Of a stretch of DNA of 64,000 nt, positions 13,925-28,381 are shown piece by piece. Position 1 is the stretch's first letter. Every line of letters begins with the position of its first letter. This stretch comes from Octopus vulgaris (taxonomy: Eukaryota). Both the position numbers and the translations under genes were made by a program. A model generated the notes under the pieces. It saw only the letters and a list, made by a program, of their open reading frames with translations, made no database searches and was not told the DNA's origin. The stretch spans positions 44,392,001 to 44,456,000 of the forward strand of contig OX597827.1 of assembly GCA_951406725.2 (NCBI GenBank), in the 5' to 3' direction.

Positions 13925-14196
13925 CATACTCTGTTGAGTCTGGGGAGAGTCATTTTCTTTTTGTGCCTTATAATTTAACACACTCACTGGTAAAATTTCC
14001 ACTCATTTCTTATTTTTATTTTCCTAAAATTTCCGTTGCGTCTTGCAACCTTTTCAATAGTCCCTGACTATTGAAAAGGTTGCAAGACGCAACGAAAATT
14101 TTAGGAAAATAAAAATAAGTGGAAATTGTACCGGTGAGTGTGTTAAATTATAAGGCACAAAAAGAAAATGACTCTCCCCAGACACAACAGAATATG
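13925..14196. repeat. Long near-perfect inverted repeat (arms ~135 bp, 3-nt loop at 14063-14065)
   Basis: ...gttgcgtcttgcaaccttttcaatagtc CCT gactattgaaaaggttgcaagacgcaac...; only a few mismatches and one small indel. Confidence 0.97.
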
Positions 14197-14472
14197 CTTC
14201 AACACACGAACTCACATAAACAATCTTGCAAACCAAATCCCAAACCGAAATATTATCATACCGTTTTGTTATTAGGCCACATAACCTTTACCCTTCAATC
14301 AATGAGCACTACAACCACAGGTACATTTAGCACAGTTTTCGCTTGCAAGTAAGTATCCTGGCCAGATTCTCAGCAGGGGGTAACTTCACTTCATGACATG
14401 GTCATACCCTCTGCACATTCCTAGATATGTTAAAAATCTAAAACCACTGTACCTGCACCATCCTCTTCCCAC

Positions 14473-14570
14473 TTCTCTAACATCCAGGGACTCCAATCTA
14501 ACCTACACACTACACACCGTCACATGTTAACATGCAAAACATTCATCTCGCTCCTGTCCTATACACAAGC
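14473..14570 (+). mobile_element. Possible degenerate LINE apurinic-endonuclease N-terminal fragment
   Basis: Translates FSNIQGLQSNLHTTHRHMLTCKTFISLLSYTQ, resembling the NIRGL...L.ETQ APE motif. Confidence 0.4.
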
Positions 14571-15282
14571 TGCTCAGGCCTAGTCTTTCACTGCCATCCA
14601 GGCTTCACACTTTACTAAAATTTCATACTGAAAGATGACGTCTGCACAGTTGTGGCCAAAAGTTTGGAACATAGGAAATTACCACAGCTGACTTGGGAAT
14701 ATGTAGCAAATTTTCCATAACTGTTTGGGCCTTCATACCTTTGACTCAGTAAAACATCCAGAATGTACTAGCAGAAGATACTCATTTCAGCTGAACAGAA
14801 TAGAGCAACATCAAGTGTTTTTCTCAAGAAACACAATCTGACTGTCCAGTCTACAAATTGAACCTCAGACCTTATGGTCATAAATTGAATACCATAGCCA
14901 CAGCTGCCAGGTATAACACCAAGTGCATGACAGTAAAAGTAAAAGCCTGATGGTTCATGACAAGATTCAGTGTCCATTCTAAACCACTCTCTACCACAAA
15001 ATACACATTCTGGACTCTGACTGTGACAATCCATCCAGTGAAAGTTCACTCTATTGATTCTAATTTTGCTCTCAACCAAAGCACTGAATATGACTAACTC
15101 TTTCTTCAATTGCCATGCCTACAAGTGTCGGCAATCACAGACCACTATGCTAAAGTATGAAGATTCATGATTTTTCTATGGAAACCCAAGTCAAAAAAAT
15201 AATCACCCTTTGTTGTAGATCACATGGTCAAGGTGTTCAAAATTTTACTATACAATTACTACTACTATTGATCCTAGCTACT

Positions 15283-15570
15283 CATCATCATCATCCAGTA
15301 TTTTAAATCCAGGGTTTGTCCTCATTAATGGGGGTGGTCGGATTTATATCAATGCCATAGCAACGGCCCTCACACCATCTCACCCAGTTTTGGGTGTCCT
15401 CCCTTCTCAAACCAACCCTCCCAATCTTCTCCTCCACGTCTTCTCGCTTTTGCAGTCCATTTACCTCAAACTCAAGCACTCTCCTCAGAACATGCTCCTC
15501 ATCCTTCCTCAACACATGCCCATACCACTGGACTCCATTCGCCCTTGCTAGCCGTTCCAGGTACAATATT
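15283..15570 (-). mobile_element. RTE-clade LINE 3' fragment
   Basis: ORF with VQWYGHVLRKDEEHVLRRVLEFEVNG...W.RW, typical of the RTE ORF2 C-terminus, followed by a (GAT)n tail. Confidence 0.85.
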
Positions 15571-15712
15571 TTGTTGCACTGTTAGTCTGTCTGTTTGACA
15601 AGAGAAAGCTGCTATGAGGTTCTGCTAGCAAGAAATATTGGCTAAATATCACACATAGTATAGTTCAAGGTACCTTTTAAAAAGTGGGATGGTAATATTT
15701 AGAAAACCCTTA

Positions 15713-16111
<399 letters not shown>

Positions 16112-17701
16112 TTAATAACCACAACATTCACAGACCCTTTTAAACTGGTAACATTGGTGCATTTCATGCCCAGTTTCAACATATGCAGGTGACATGAGGG
16201 ATGTAACATGATCTCTAGCTAAGTCATTTGACTTAGGGAAAAGTATGCTAGCCTTCAACTAATCAAAATGAAATAGCAGTAACTTTCTTTCTTTTTAAGA
16301 TAATAGCATCCTCAACCACAAAGATAAATAGTTACCTGATGCCTCAGTTGGCTAAACTATCAGAAGTGATTTTTGTTAAGATTTGGTAATTAATAAATAA
16401 CACACAGAGGATCTAGCAATAAAGATAATTATTCCTACAATTAACCAGTTTGAGAAACTGAGTAACTAAGTAAAGAGACAATACAGGCTGGCATCTAATC
16501 AGTGAAGTTCTATTGTCATAACAATGCTTCTCATTGGCTCAGTTTACCCAACAATCTAAGTTGGTAAAAATTTTATAGTCATATCAATGCCATATGGAGA
16601 TATCAAAATTAAAAAGAAAACAAACTAAAGACAGTTGTTAAAATATTAGGGGAGTAACATAATAAAAAAATTTGTGAACTGATGATGAAAATAATTTTTT
16701 TAAAATTTCTATTTCACAAAAATAAAATTTAAATCATATTTAAAAATGAATAAAGAAAAAAAAAACAACCATTACAGCAAACTATTCTAAAAATGGATAT
16801 ATTTTAAGAGTGTGTCAAGAATATCTCCATTGTAACCACAGCAGTTTCATAAATATGGAAATGACGGGAAACAAATAGCTATAAACCAAACCATTGTGAA
16901 GTCTCCACTATGGTTTACAATGCAACACCCACTCACATCAGACAGCAAAACTTGCTAAGCATAAGCATTCATCTTCAGAAAAAGACAGAGGATCCTAGAC
17001 TATAAGGCATAATGACATTGACACAGATATACATAAATATGTATGTAGATGCCTGTAAACAGATGTACAAGAAACTGTACATGTAAACATACAGATTCAG
17101 ATGCTGGCAAAAAAACAAAAATACAAGGAAAATGATTTCCTTACATAAGAGTGGAATGGAAGGTATTGCTTTGTACTGACACTATAGTTACATGTTACAT
17201 GAAACTTAATATGTTGCCCAGTGCAAGATTTGCGCCCAGATTCATCAACATATATTAAAACTAAATCATTGCAATGATTTCCTTCAACAGGACACAAGTT
17301 TTGTGCATGTGTGTGTGTGTATATATAAACACACGCAAGATCCCCTCTTTCAATGCCCCCCACCCCTTTCAAAATTACTTGTTTTGCAAGTTACTTGGGG
17401 TGACCCAGCTGTTACTAGTGGTACGTAAAATGCATCCAGTCTACATTGTAAAGTGGTTGGCATTTGGAAGGGCATTCAGTTGTAAAAATCAAGCCAAAAT
17501 TGACCTTGCCTGTGCTAGTGCCACGTAAAAAGCACTGAATCCACTCTGCAGAGTTGTTGTTGTTGGTGTTAGGAAGGGCATCCAGCTGTAAAACTCTACC
17601 ATAACAGACACAGTAGCCTGGGGTAGTCTTCTACCTGGCCAGCTCTTATCAGCCGCCCTACCCATGCATGGAAGACGGATGTTAAACGATGATTATGATG
17701 A

Positions 17702-17918
17702 TACAGTAACCCCTCAACTATCATGGGTTTTATGTTTCAAAACCCCCTGTGATAGGGGAAGATCCACAAAGTAGAGACAACTGTGCTGTATTTTTTAAAA
17801 AATTATTTTCATAATTTGCATATATTTTATTATAAAAGCAAAACACCACGGAGGAATCGGTGTAAGCTTAAATAATAAACTGCGATAGGTGAACTACAAT
17901 ATGGCAAGGGATTATTTT
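17702..17918. mobile_element. Tigger/pogo-like MITE remnant
   Basis: TA-CAGTAACCCCTC left end and degenerate AAGGGATTATT right end; internal GCGATAGG-like repeats. Confidence 0.55.
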
Positions 17919-17944
17919 GTGTGTGTGTGTGTGTATACATATGA

Positions 17945-18520
17945 GGAGGCCCCCTTCGGTCATGAATGACCATGGGATTGCACCTAGAAAGTTACCCTCC
18001 AAGGCACAGTCTGGGCACGGTTATTTCTTTACTGCCCACAAGGGGCTAAACACAGAAGGGGACAAACAAGGACAGAAAAACGTATTAAGTCGATTATATC
18101 GACCCCAGTGCGTAATTGGTACTTAATTTATCAACCCTGAAAGGATGAAAGGCAAAGTCGACCTCGGCGGAATTTGAACTCAGAACGTAACGGCAGACAA
18201 AATACGGCTACGCATTTCGCCCGGCGTGCTAACGTTTCTGCCAGCTCGCCGCCTGGGCAAGGTTGTTTATGGAAGACCAGCAGTTGCCCATGCCTACCAG
18301 CCTCCCCTCTCCACACCACTGATATTATCCAAGGGAAAGGCAAAGGCCGATACAGCTTGACACCAGTGATGTCACAACTCATTTCATCAGCTGAGTTAAC
18401 CAGAGCAATGTGAAATAAAGTGTCTTGCTCAAGAACACAACACACAGCCCAGTCTGGAAATCACTCACAATCTCACGATTGCAAGCTCGACACTCTAACC
18501 ACTGACCCATGCGCCTCACG
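17945..18520 (-). mobile_element. tRNA-derived SINE family 4 (GTGTTCTTGAGCAAGACACTT segment), split by a younger SINE
   Basis: Head GTGGTTAGAGTGTCGAGCT on the minus strand; related copies at ~41070-41380(+) and ~48500-48745(-). Confidence 0.7.
18027..18252 (-). mobile_element. Full-length young SINE family 1 with 16-bp target-site duplication
   Basis: GCGGCGAGCTGGCAGAAACGTTAGC A-box head, GAGTTCAAATTCC B-box, GCCTTTCATCCTTTCAGGGTTGATAAA core; flanks ctgggcacggttattt / ctgggcaaggttgttt. Confidence 0.9.
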
Positions 18521-18522
18521 CA

Positions 18523-18582
<60 letters not shown>

Positions 18583-19779
18583 AGGAAAAGAGAGCGGAGT
18601 ACAGTTGAACTGACACTAATATATTACTGGTACAATTTTTATCAAACAAGGAGAGAAGCAAGATTAATCCTGGCAGGGTTTCATATTAAAACAAATTACA
18701 ACATTAAATACTGTAATGGGATTTAGCATGAAAGCCTACCATTTCTATTTACAATTCTACTTAAACAACTGAGCCAAACAAAGAACTTCTAGTCACTTCA
18801 ACTACCAGAAATAGCCATCAAATCTCCCTCAAATCACACTCTACTATCTCAAAGAAAAAGAAGGCCCATTGGATATACAAAAAGGCAAGATGGTAACGGA
18901 TACTGTGTCTGATCATGGATCTACTTGATTAGAGCTGACCTGAATCTACAATAATGACAGCAACAATTTCCTACATTGAAAACATTGGGACAACTTTATA
19001 AAGTAGGGACATAATTGAAGGAAACAACCCTCCCACCATTGTCACAGACACTCCCAACATCCATATTTCTCACAAAATGAAAGAGAGATGAAGCTAACAC
19101 CAATTATAGCTGATGGAGGCATAACAGAAATGGAGTCAACTAAAAACCTGGAAACAATTATTCTAAAACCTTACTGTAAAATATCAGTGGTGCTCCATCA
19201 ATGATAAATGCAGAGAAAAGTTGGAATTCAAAAAATATTTTGGACTGAACTTTAAAAAAGAAGATCGCATGAAGGAAGACAAGAGAATAAAAACAATGAT
19301 TACAAAATGGGAAGTTTTTAGTAATCTTAATACAACAGAAAGGAAAGAAGAAAAATCAACAACAAAGGCAAGCACTTGTTCTAAGTAACATAGACTCGAA
19401 TAGGAATTACAAATCTATCTTTGTCAGGTTAATTAACCAATGAGTCAGCACCACCTTGACTTCTTTCTCATAAACAGAAAGACAAAATGTACCAATGAGC
19501 TGTACAACCTTAGAACATGTCATTAAATTGTCATGCTCAACAGCAAGCCATTTAAATTAAATTTCTATTGTATATACCACCACCACCCACGTATCATGGA
19601 GACAGCTTTTATTCTCAGCAGCCTTTGACTGACATTTTGAGCCTCATACCTAGACACTTCTCCTACCTACATTATAAATACATAAAGAGAGAAGACTGCC
19701 CACCTGTAGTGAAGGCAACTACTTTATGTAACCGGGCACTTAAGAAACCCAGCTATATACATTAAAAGGTTTCTACTGC

Positions 19780-19935
19780 ACAGACAGAGACATTGTACCC
19801 CACAAGCTACAGCAAAAGGCAACTCATTTAAGAAAGCAGTAGAGGAATTTGTCTAAAACAAGTGGTGGCTATATGGATAAGAACACTGGAATTCTTATTT
19901 GATAAGGCACATTCGAATATAATTGGTTAACAAAA
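19780..19935 (+). mobile_element. Possible highly degenerate CR1-type reverse transcriptase fragment
   Basis: Pieces DIVPHKL and VVAIWIRTLEFLFD resemble FD.VPH..L...GI....WI..FL..R. Confidence 0.35.
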
Positions 19936-20024
19936 TCTTATAGAAGAGAGGTCTAGAGGAGAAAAACTAAGTTTGTGAATTTAATCCTGTCATAAATACA
20001 TAAAGTAGGTCATTCTTATAATTA

Positions 20025-20358
20025 TTACCTCTGCCTTAGCGAAGGTATTGTTTGTTTGGCCATGGACAACATATCTCAAGAACCACTTGATGGATTCAGA
20101 TGAAACTTTATTCAGATGACTGGCGCAAACTGATTAGATTCTGGGATCAATCTGGTACCAGACACAAAGATACTGGATTATTTTCCTGCTTTTTATTTAA
20201 TTTTTGAGAGTGCTCGGGTTCATTTTTAGTATTCTCGTTTGTGAGAGCAGTTGAGTTTATTTCAGATATTCCCATTTTAAAAATCATCTCTGGCTAATCA
20301 TTGAGAGGATGTTGGTGTTGCCTTGGTGGAGGTTTGCTCTCTCTGAGTGCCCTCGTTT
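20025..20358 (+). mobile_element. Non-autonomous Helentron-like (HINE/DINE-1-type) element
   Basis: 5' TT-ACCTCTGCC and inverted subterminal GGTGGAGGT, followed by a short hairpin-like GCTCTCTCTGAGTGC and a T run. Confidence 0.55.
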
Positions 20359-21122
20359 TTTCACTTGTTTCAGTCATTTGACTGGGGTCAAACTGGGAAA
20401 ACCCAGCAGTTATTTCAGCTTGATACTGATTATGTAAACCACCATTTATCAACTGGCTAAAATCAACCTTAACATAAAGGGCCACAACTTTGACAGTTTT
20501 CGTATACCAGTGCAGACACACACACATACACACACACATCATAGGCTTCTACACAACTTCCATCTCCCAAATTCCACTCACAAGGCATCAGTCAACACAT
20601 GGTGATAATAAAACACTTGCTCAAACTGCCATGGTGTGTGATCAAACCCAGAACCAGGTGGTTGCAAAGCAATTTCTTAACCATATGACTAGCTCTGCCT
20701 ATGTCATGACAATGAAAAGATATATTAAACATTTCAAAAATGTTTTTAACAAAACAGAAAAGCTGAGGAGGAGATTAGCAGCCCTCTCCCCCCAAAAAAA
20801 TTTATTTAATCATTGAGTAATGTGAGCTGACGATAATGAATTTTAGAATGATTACATAGATCCCTTGTGCACAAGCATTAGACTTCGGGGTAACTATGAA
20901 GAGATATTAAAACAAATAAGTCTTCCCAACACAGAACAAGTGGCATTTTACTTGCTTGATGCTGTAACTGGATGTGGAGGGCAGCTAAAGAAGTCAACAT
21001 GTTTTCCATGTATTGGCTATTTCACAATATCACTTGAGATTTTCAAAAATGGACACAAAAAAAAAAAAACGTAAAAAAAAAATGAAAAACCACAAAAATA
21101 GGGAAAATACAAAATAGAATCA

Positions 21123-21320
<198 letters not shown>

Positions 21321-23454
21321 TTAGTTTTAAAACAAATCAAGTAATAAAGGAATGCAGTTCTTAATGATTAATGGTTTGAAGAAGATGAGTTTTCATCAGA
21401 ACATACACTTAATACACAAAAATACAGTACAATACAATACAAAACAATTCAATGAAGGAACCTGCATAAATTACTCCGATTGGTAAGAAATAGTAGCCAA
21501 ATCGCTCTCATATCTTGAAAAAACTGGTGTTTCACTTATCTTTTTTCTGTCACTTGTTTTAGTCATTAGACTGTGGCCATGATGGGGCACTGCCTTGAAG
21601 AATTTATATTTGAATGAACCGATTTCAGTACTTGTTTTTTTAAAGTCAGGTACTTATTCTAACAGTTGCCTTTGCAGAACCACTGAAGTTACAGGAATGT
21701 AAACATACCAACACCCATTGCCAAGTGGTGGTGGGGACAAACACAGACACTATATATGACAGGCTTCTTCCAGTTTCCCTCTACCAAATACACTCACAAG
21801 ACTTTGGTTGACCCAAGGCTATAGAAGACACCTTGCCCAAGGGGCCATTTAGTGGGACTGAACCCAAAACCATACAGTTGAGAAGCAAGCATCTTACCAC
21901 ACATCCACACCTATTTACCTGCATATAAGTTATAACCCTATATTACTGTTAAAACTCGGTACAAAATTCTTTTCCTTTATAGTCTTAACCTTGCTTTGTG
22001 CATAAGTCACACCCCAGTTTCTCCCAGTTAAATTCAAGTACAAGAGAGTGTAACTTATACACAAGTAAACATGGTATATTAATAAAAAAAAAAAAAAAGA
22101 TATATTGCATATGTAACCCTATAACACATTGTGTTTCAAGGTGTGGTCATGGCCAGAGAGACTACAGTCGTGGTGGCTAATAGCATCTCAAGTTATACAA
22201 GCTGCCCAATGTAACATCTGCAATGCAAACTGAGCCCCCACCCCATAATGTATACTGACCAAAGCCACCCTCGTTTAGCTCTTTTGTTCTTATATAGCTT
22301 TGAAATCCTTGATCTTCTACTCTTTAGTACTAAGACAGAGGTGAAGCAACACCATTTTCATTCCAAGTTATTAGCACATAAATTAAGTTGCATATTTTGT
22401 GAGATTTTTTCCATTGTTACTTCCATTCAAAAGCATTCTTTCAAGGGTGGATGCATCCATAATCTATCCAAAACACCTGGTGTGTCTGGTGCGAGTGTAA
22501 CATCAAGTTAAAAACACTCACTGCAAATGCTCTTTGTTACGTAACCCAATACGGTGAAATAAAGCAGGCAGAGTTATTACTGCCTGACACTGAAGTTTTT
22601 ATTTTCTTCTTACATTTTAATTAAAAGCATTAAGCTTCAAACCAAACTACACACTTCTAGATACAAATATAAAAACAACTGTCCTGTTTTGATCAACTTC
22701 AAAAAAAATTCACAATGCTATTCCAGGCATGGATGTGTGATTATGAAGTTTGCTTCCCAAAATGATTTTGGGTTCAATACCACTGCATGGCACTGTGGGT
22801 AAATGTATTCTAGTTTATGCCATGGATTGACCAAAAACTTGTGATTTAATAGAATCTGGAAGAAGCCTCTGTGTGTGCATGTGTGTATGAATGGACACAC
22901 ATGACACCTTGTCTTGATATCACATGATCATTGTAAACAAGCATCACCATCGTATATACAGTGTTGTTTGTTTCCATTCTTCTGTAAAAACAAATCCGAA
23001 CATGGGGGGAGTATTAGCATGTTTGGAAACAGGTGATGGTTGGTGACAGGAAGAGCATTCAGCCATAGGCAATCTGGCTTACTTCCATGTGACCAATACA
23101 AGCATGGAAAAATGGACGTTAAAAAGAAAAGGGTAACTACAATGATGACTTCTGCCCCACTCTTTTAACTCCATCTCCCCCTGTGTTACAACAGGAAAGG
23201 CTAACTTAAACAACTGAAAACCCGAAAATAAATATCAGAGAATCTAAATTGTGAAACAATCACCCATATAGACTATATAACATTTTAAAAATAGGTGCTT
23301 TTTTCAACAACTTAAATATACTAGAATTAGTGGAGGTACCCAAGTGTAATATAAACATCACTGAAATTATTAAATGGGGTGGAAAAAAAAAAAGAAACAA
23401 AATAGATATACCAATAAATATAAAAATATATCATATATATATATATATATATAT

Positions 23455-23823
23455 ATCTCTGACTGCTTGCGAAGACCTGTTCAAGCAAGTGAAATCGAAT
23501 CAAATCCAATGACTGTTAGAGCACGATGACACGTGAAAAACAACATTTGAGCTAGGTTGTTACCAGTGCTGCTGGACTGGCTCCTGTGCAGGTGGCATGT
23601 AAAAAACACCATTTGAGCTTGGCCGTTGCCAGTACCGCCTGACTGGCCCTCATGCCAGTGGCACATAAAAGCACCCACTACACTCTCAGAGTGGTTGGCA
23701 TTAGGAAGGGCATCCAGCTTTAGAAACTCTGCCAGATAAGATTGGAACCTGGTGGGCCATCTGGTTTGCCACTCCTCAGTCAAATCGCCCAGCCCATGGA
23801 AAGCGGACATTAAATGATGATGA
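23455..23823 (+). mobile_element. SINE-like family 3 copy
   Basis: High similarity to 4898-5255. Confidence 0.8.
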
Positions 23824-24713
23824 TATATATATATATACATATGTATATCACCACCACACCTAATGACAGATACAATCAATGACAATGTGACCTACTTCAC
23901 CTAACAAATAGCTGCGATTGCACAAGAGCCAAGTATTATTTGTTTAAAATCTCAAACCAGACAGCACTGTTGCAGTTTATGGCAGTATAGGAAAATAGAT
24001 AGTGAAATAGCTATGGCAGCTGTGGTAGTGGTGGTGATGGTGGTAAAAACTGGCTGTGATGGAGGTGGTGACAGTAGCGGTAGTGGTGGTGGTGGCGATG
24101 GTGGTATTCTTTACAAATGTGTCCTTTTGCTTTGTTTCTCTCAAATTGAAGAAAAACAAAAGCCAGACATGCGTGGGAGCCAGTCTTCCAGAATAGGACA
24201 GTTTACAGGACAAGGGTTTTGAAAGATAATGCTTGGACCCCCCGTCCCACCCCCACCCTGTGCAAAAATGAATGAATAAATAACCAATCTGCTAATCCTC
24301 CTGTACCCTGCCATCAGATCAGGTGATGTAAAATTTTGCACCTATCACTTATAGCAAACAAAAGCAGTCAAAAGAAAGAGGGGAGACGGGGAAATGAGAA
24401 ACAGAGAAAAGGGGAGGAAGAAGAGAAAGGTGTTATGTAAGAAAATAGAAAATGAAAACGAGAGCAAATAAAAAAAGAAAGTCAAGGACCATCCTTGAGA
24501 TTGTACCATGCTGAAGAAGACACTAAGCCATTAACAGAGTCACACTCACACACACACACACACCAAAGTTTCCAATCCAGGGGGCAACAGGATAAGGCTT
24601 AAGTGAGTGTATGTGTAGATGTTCCTCCTGTGCAAATAACCTTTATAACACATACAGATTATCAAAGTCAGTGCAAAAACCAAGGTGACAGAAAGACCAG
24701 AGAAGTGTGTGTG

Positions 24714-24715
<2 letters not shown>

Positions 24716-24769
<54 letters not shown>
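24716..24769. repeat. (GA)n microsatellite
   Basis: Direct inspection. Confidence 0.97.
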
Positions 24770-24770
<1 letters not shown>

Positions 24771-25931
24771 ATGAGACAGTCAACCTTAATGACAAATATT
24801 CTGGAAAACTGGAACACAATAAAATACATGCTCAGTGAAGCTAGAGTGCTCTACTTTCAACCAGATACAGGAAGTAATGAATTCAATCAGGCGTGAACTT
24901 CTGCCAAAACTTGATATAGTTTCTATTGCATTGTACACATACACACAAGGAAGATTGTTAATGAATAGAGGTTTTTTTTTAAAATTCTTTTTCATTTTTG
25001 TTTTTCTTCAGTTTTTCCCCATTATACCTATCTCACCAACAGATAATAGCATAAACCAACAAAAGGAGTCACTAACTACACAGCTGCCAGACACAAATTT
25101 CCCACATGTAAGTGAGAAACTTGGGGCATGATAGAATGGTCTGGCCAGTTAATGCAAAAAGAAAAAATGGCTTTCTGGTACATATTGAGTACTTTTCCTG
25201 CAATTTGTACTACATCAAAACATTTCTTTTATTCCTTTACTTGTTTCAGTCATTTGACCATGGCCATGCTGGAACACCACCATGAAGGGCTTTTAGTTGA
25301 GCCAATTAATCCCCCCAGGCTATATTTTTTAGACCTAGTACTTATTCTGTTGGTCTTTTTTGCTGAACCACTAAGTTACAGGGACATAGGCACACCAGCA
25401 TTGGTTATTAAGCAATGGTGGTGGAAAGGGCCAAACAGATGCAAAGATACAAATATACATACAAATAAATATCACCTGCAGGTATGATGTGGGCGAACAG
25501 TAAAATTCTAAGACATCATCCACCTTCCTTGCATGAATCACAGTCATGGAATTTACTGTGGCAGATTTTCTACAGCCAGATGCTCTTCCTGTTGCCAGCC
25601 CGCACATGTTTCCAAGCAGAGACTCATTTCCTATCATATGATAGGAACAAAAGGAAATACATACACACAAAGGATGGGTTTCTTTTATGTTTTTGTGCAC
25701 CAAACTAACTCACAAGTCTTCAGCCAGTGTGGAGGCTTACAACAGAAGATAACTGCCCCCAAGATGCCATGCAGTGAGATTGAACCAGAAACCATGTGGT
25801 TAGAAAGCAAATTTGCAAACAGCCAAGTGTCATTAAAAGTGCAAGGCCTATTGGACTTTTAGGGCAGTCATGATAAGACTGACACTCCAAGTACTTATTT
25901 TACTAACTGCAGGCTGAGAAATCATGTAGAT

Positions 25932-26293
25932 CAGTGGTTCCCAAACGTTTTTGTGCTGCTGCCCCCTTGACACCCAGGCCACATTCCTACCGCCCCCACC
26001 CCAACTAACCGTCACAAACATAGACCTCTTCCTGAAGCAAATTCAAAGCAACTGTATTTCACAAATAAAACTTAACATAATGAACCCATTGTTTTTGTTG
26101 TTTTTACATGAATTGCAGCAAGATGTGGTAGGGGTAAAGCAGCATATGCTGTTGGGCATCACTACTGATATTGGGTATTGCATTCTACGCTTTGACATGA
26201 GCATAGAATGAGACTTGCCTCTTTGAGCTGGGAAATGAATGAAATTCCTGGTGTGTCTTGTTGTGGCTACCCACTCCTAAAAAAGTGGGGCCT

Positions 26294-26366
<73 letters not shown>

Positions 26367-26609
26367 AAAGGATGTGTCATAATACTATTTCACAGTCATA
26401 CCAACAATCCAACATACCTCCATCATCAGCTGCCCCACAGATATCATTATGGTTTTGACACCTGGGCAGTACCATTTAATCTGGCGGTATCAGTATATAA
26501 TATTTGAATCGCTACCCAATTATTGCCCTGCTTTTCTTCAATGCTCCCTTGGAATTTTCCACCACCCTCAGGGGCAGAGGCACAATACTGCCCACTTTGG
26601 GAACCACTG
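25932..26609. mobile_element. hAT (Charlie-like) non-autonomous element
   Basis: Perfect 14-bp TIR CAGTGGTTCCCAAA / TTTGGGAACCACTG; the left end recurs at ~55903-56070; the 8-bp TSD is not preserved. Confidence 0.8.
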
Positions 26610-27124
26610 ATTACACCACGTATATTATTTGTTATGGAATCTTTCTGAACAATATTGGGGTTCACTGAGGTTTGATTAATTTGGTGAAACTTCAGATCCA
26701 GAGGTCTGCCAGTCATTTTGGTTGACCTAACTAGTGCTTGGATTCAAGCTCATTTTCATTAAAACTGCATAAGATGGCTGATATTTGTGTGCATTAACCC
26801 CATCACACACACAGAGCATCCATCACCAAATGGACAATTTTATTGACTGCTTAAAATTCAAACACACAAACTGTACCTTAGCAGAAAGTGTTGGAGATTG
26901 ACTACAGTATATCTTTTATCTCTTACATGTTTCAGCTATTAGAGTGCAGCCATGCTGCAGTACCACCTTGAAGAACTTTTAGTTGAATGAATCAATCCCC
27001 CTCCACAAACTTTCTTTAAAGACTGGGACTTATTCTGTCAGGCTCTTTTGTCAACTGCTAGGTTATGGGGACATAAACACACCGACATCAGTTGTCAAGT
27101 AGTGATGGGTCAACTATATATATA

Positions 27125-27180
<56 letters not shown>

Positions 27181-28381
27181 TATATATCTTTCAGGGTGAA
27201 TACAATTAAATAACAGTCGAGCATTGGGGTATCGATGTAATCAACTGAGTCCCGGCCACTAAAATAATTGGCCTTGTGCCAAAATTTTAAAATAATTACT
27301 GTCATCATCATGATCATCATTATCATTGCAACTATTACTGTAGTATCATTTAAATTTTCTTTTTTCTTTATTTTCCTTTATTTTTTTTCAATGAACAGAC
27401 AGGTGAAGTGACACATAAACAGACATTATATACCAAAAACTGCTCAATTTGCAGAAGTATTAGAAAGTTGCCAAACAACACGGCTAACATAACATTGCTG
27501 ATACAGCCTGTGATTGTGATGATACTACCACTAATAATAATAATACTAATACTAATAATAATCACACACACACACACACCCTAGTCCAGTTTCCACCACA
27601 CCATAGGCAAGCAGAACAAATATTTGTACAATAGTCTCTGAGTGAGTCAGAAAGTTCCCACACAATGTTGTCCTAAAATTGTAAAGCCTCTCTCTTTCTC
27701 TCTCTCTCTCTCTGCCAGGCTGTTATTGACAAAACTGCAATACTGTTTTATGGTATCTACCACACGATTTGTAGTGGTGTGTGTGTGTGTGGTTGAATGA
27801 GAGAGTGAGTGAATGTGTGTAAGACACACACACGCAGATAAAGTGGGGAGGGGGGAAAAGAAGAAGATTTTTATGTGAACATACTTGTGTGCGAATGCTT
27901 TGTTTGAAAGGTTCAGCCTAAACAATAATATAATAGACATTTACTGTATTGCCGCTATGAACCATGCCTTTGCTTTGGGTGAGAAATATATGTAAAACAG
28001 ATAGCACAAACCCTCTCCATCCCCAGCTAGTAAACTTTACCCTTTCATCAATAAAAATAAGTACCAGTTAAGTATTGGGGGACAATTCGAACAAATTTTT
28101 TTTTTCCTCTTTCAACGGTTGTGACTTTGTACCTATATTGGGAAACAATTATTACTCGAACGCCAGGACCGATTTGGTTTAAATGACATTGCCTCTCGTT
28201 TCAAAAATGGCCTAACACATAAGCCAATATTAATACTAATTAATAATCCTTTGACCTGGTGAAGTAAGGCCAGAAAATTGGGGGGGTGATGGGGGGGGGG
28301 CTAGTTTATTATGTCGACCCCCCAAAAGAATCAATCCTGGCAGAATGTAAAGACAGACAAAATGCCACTAAACATTTGGTC

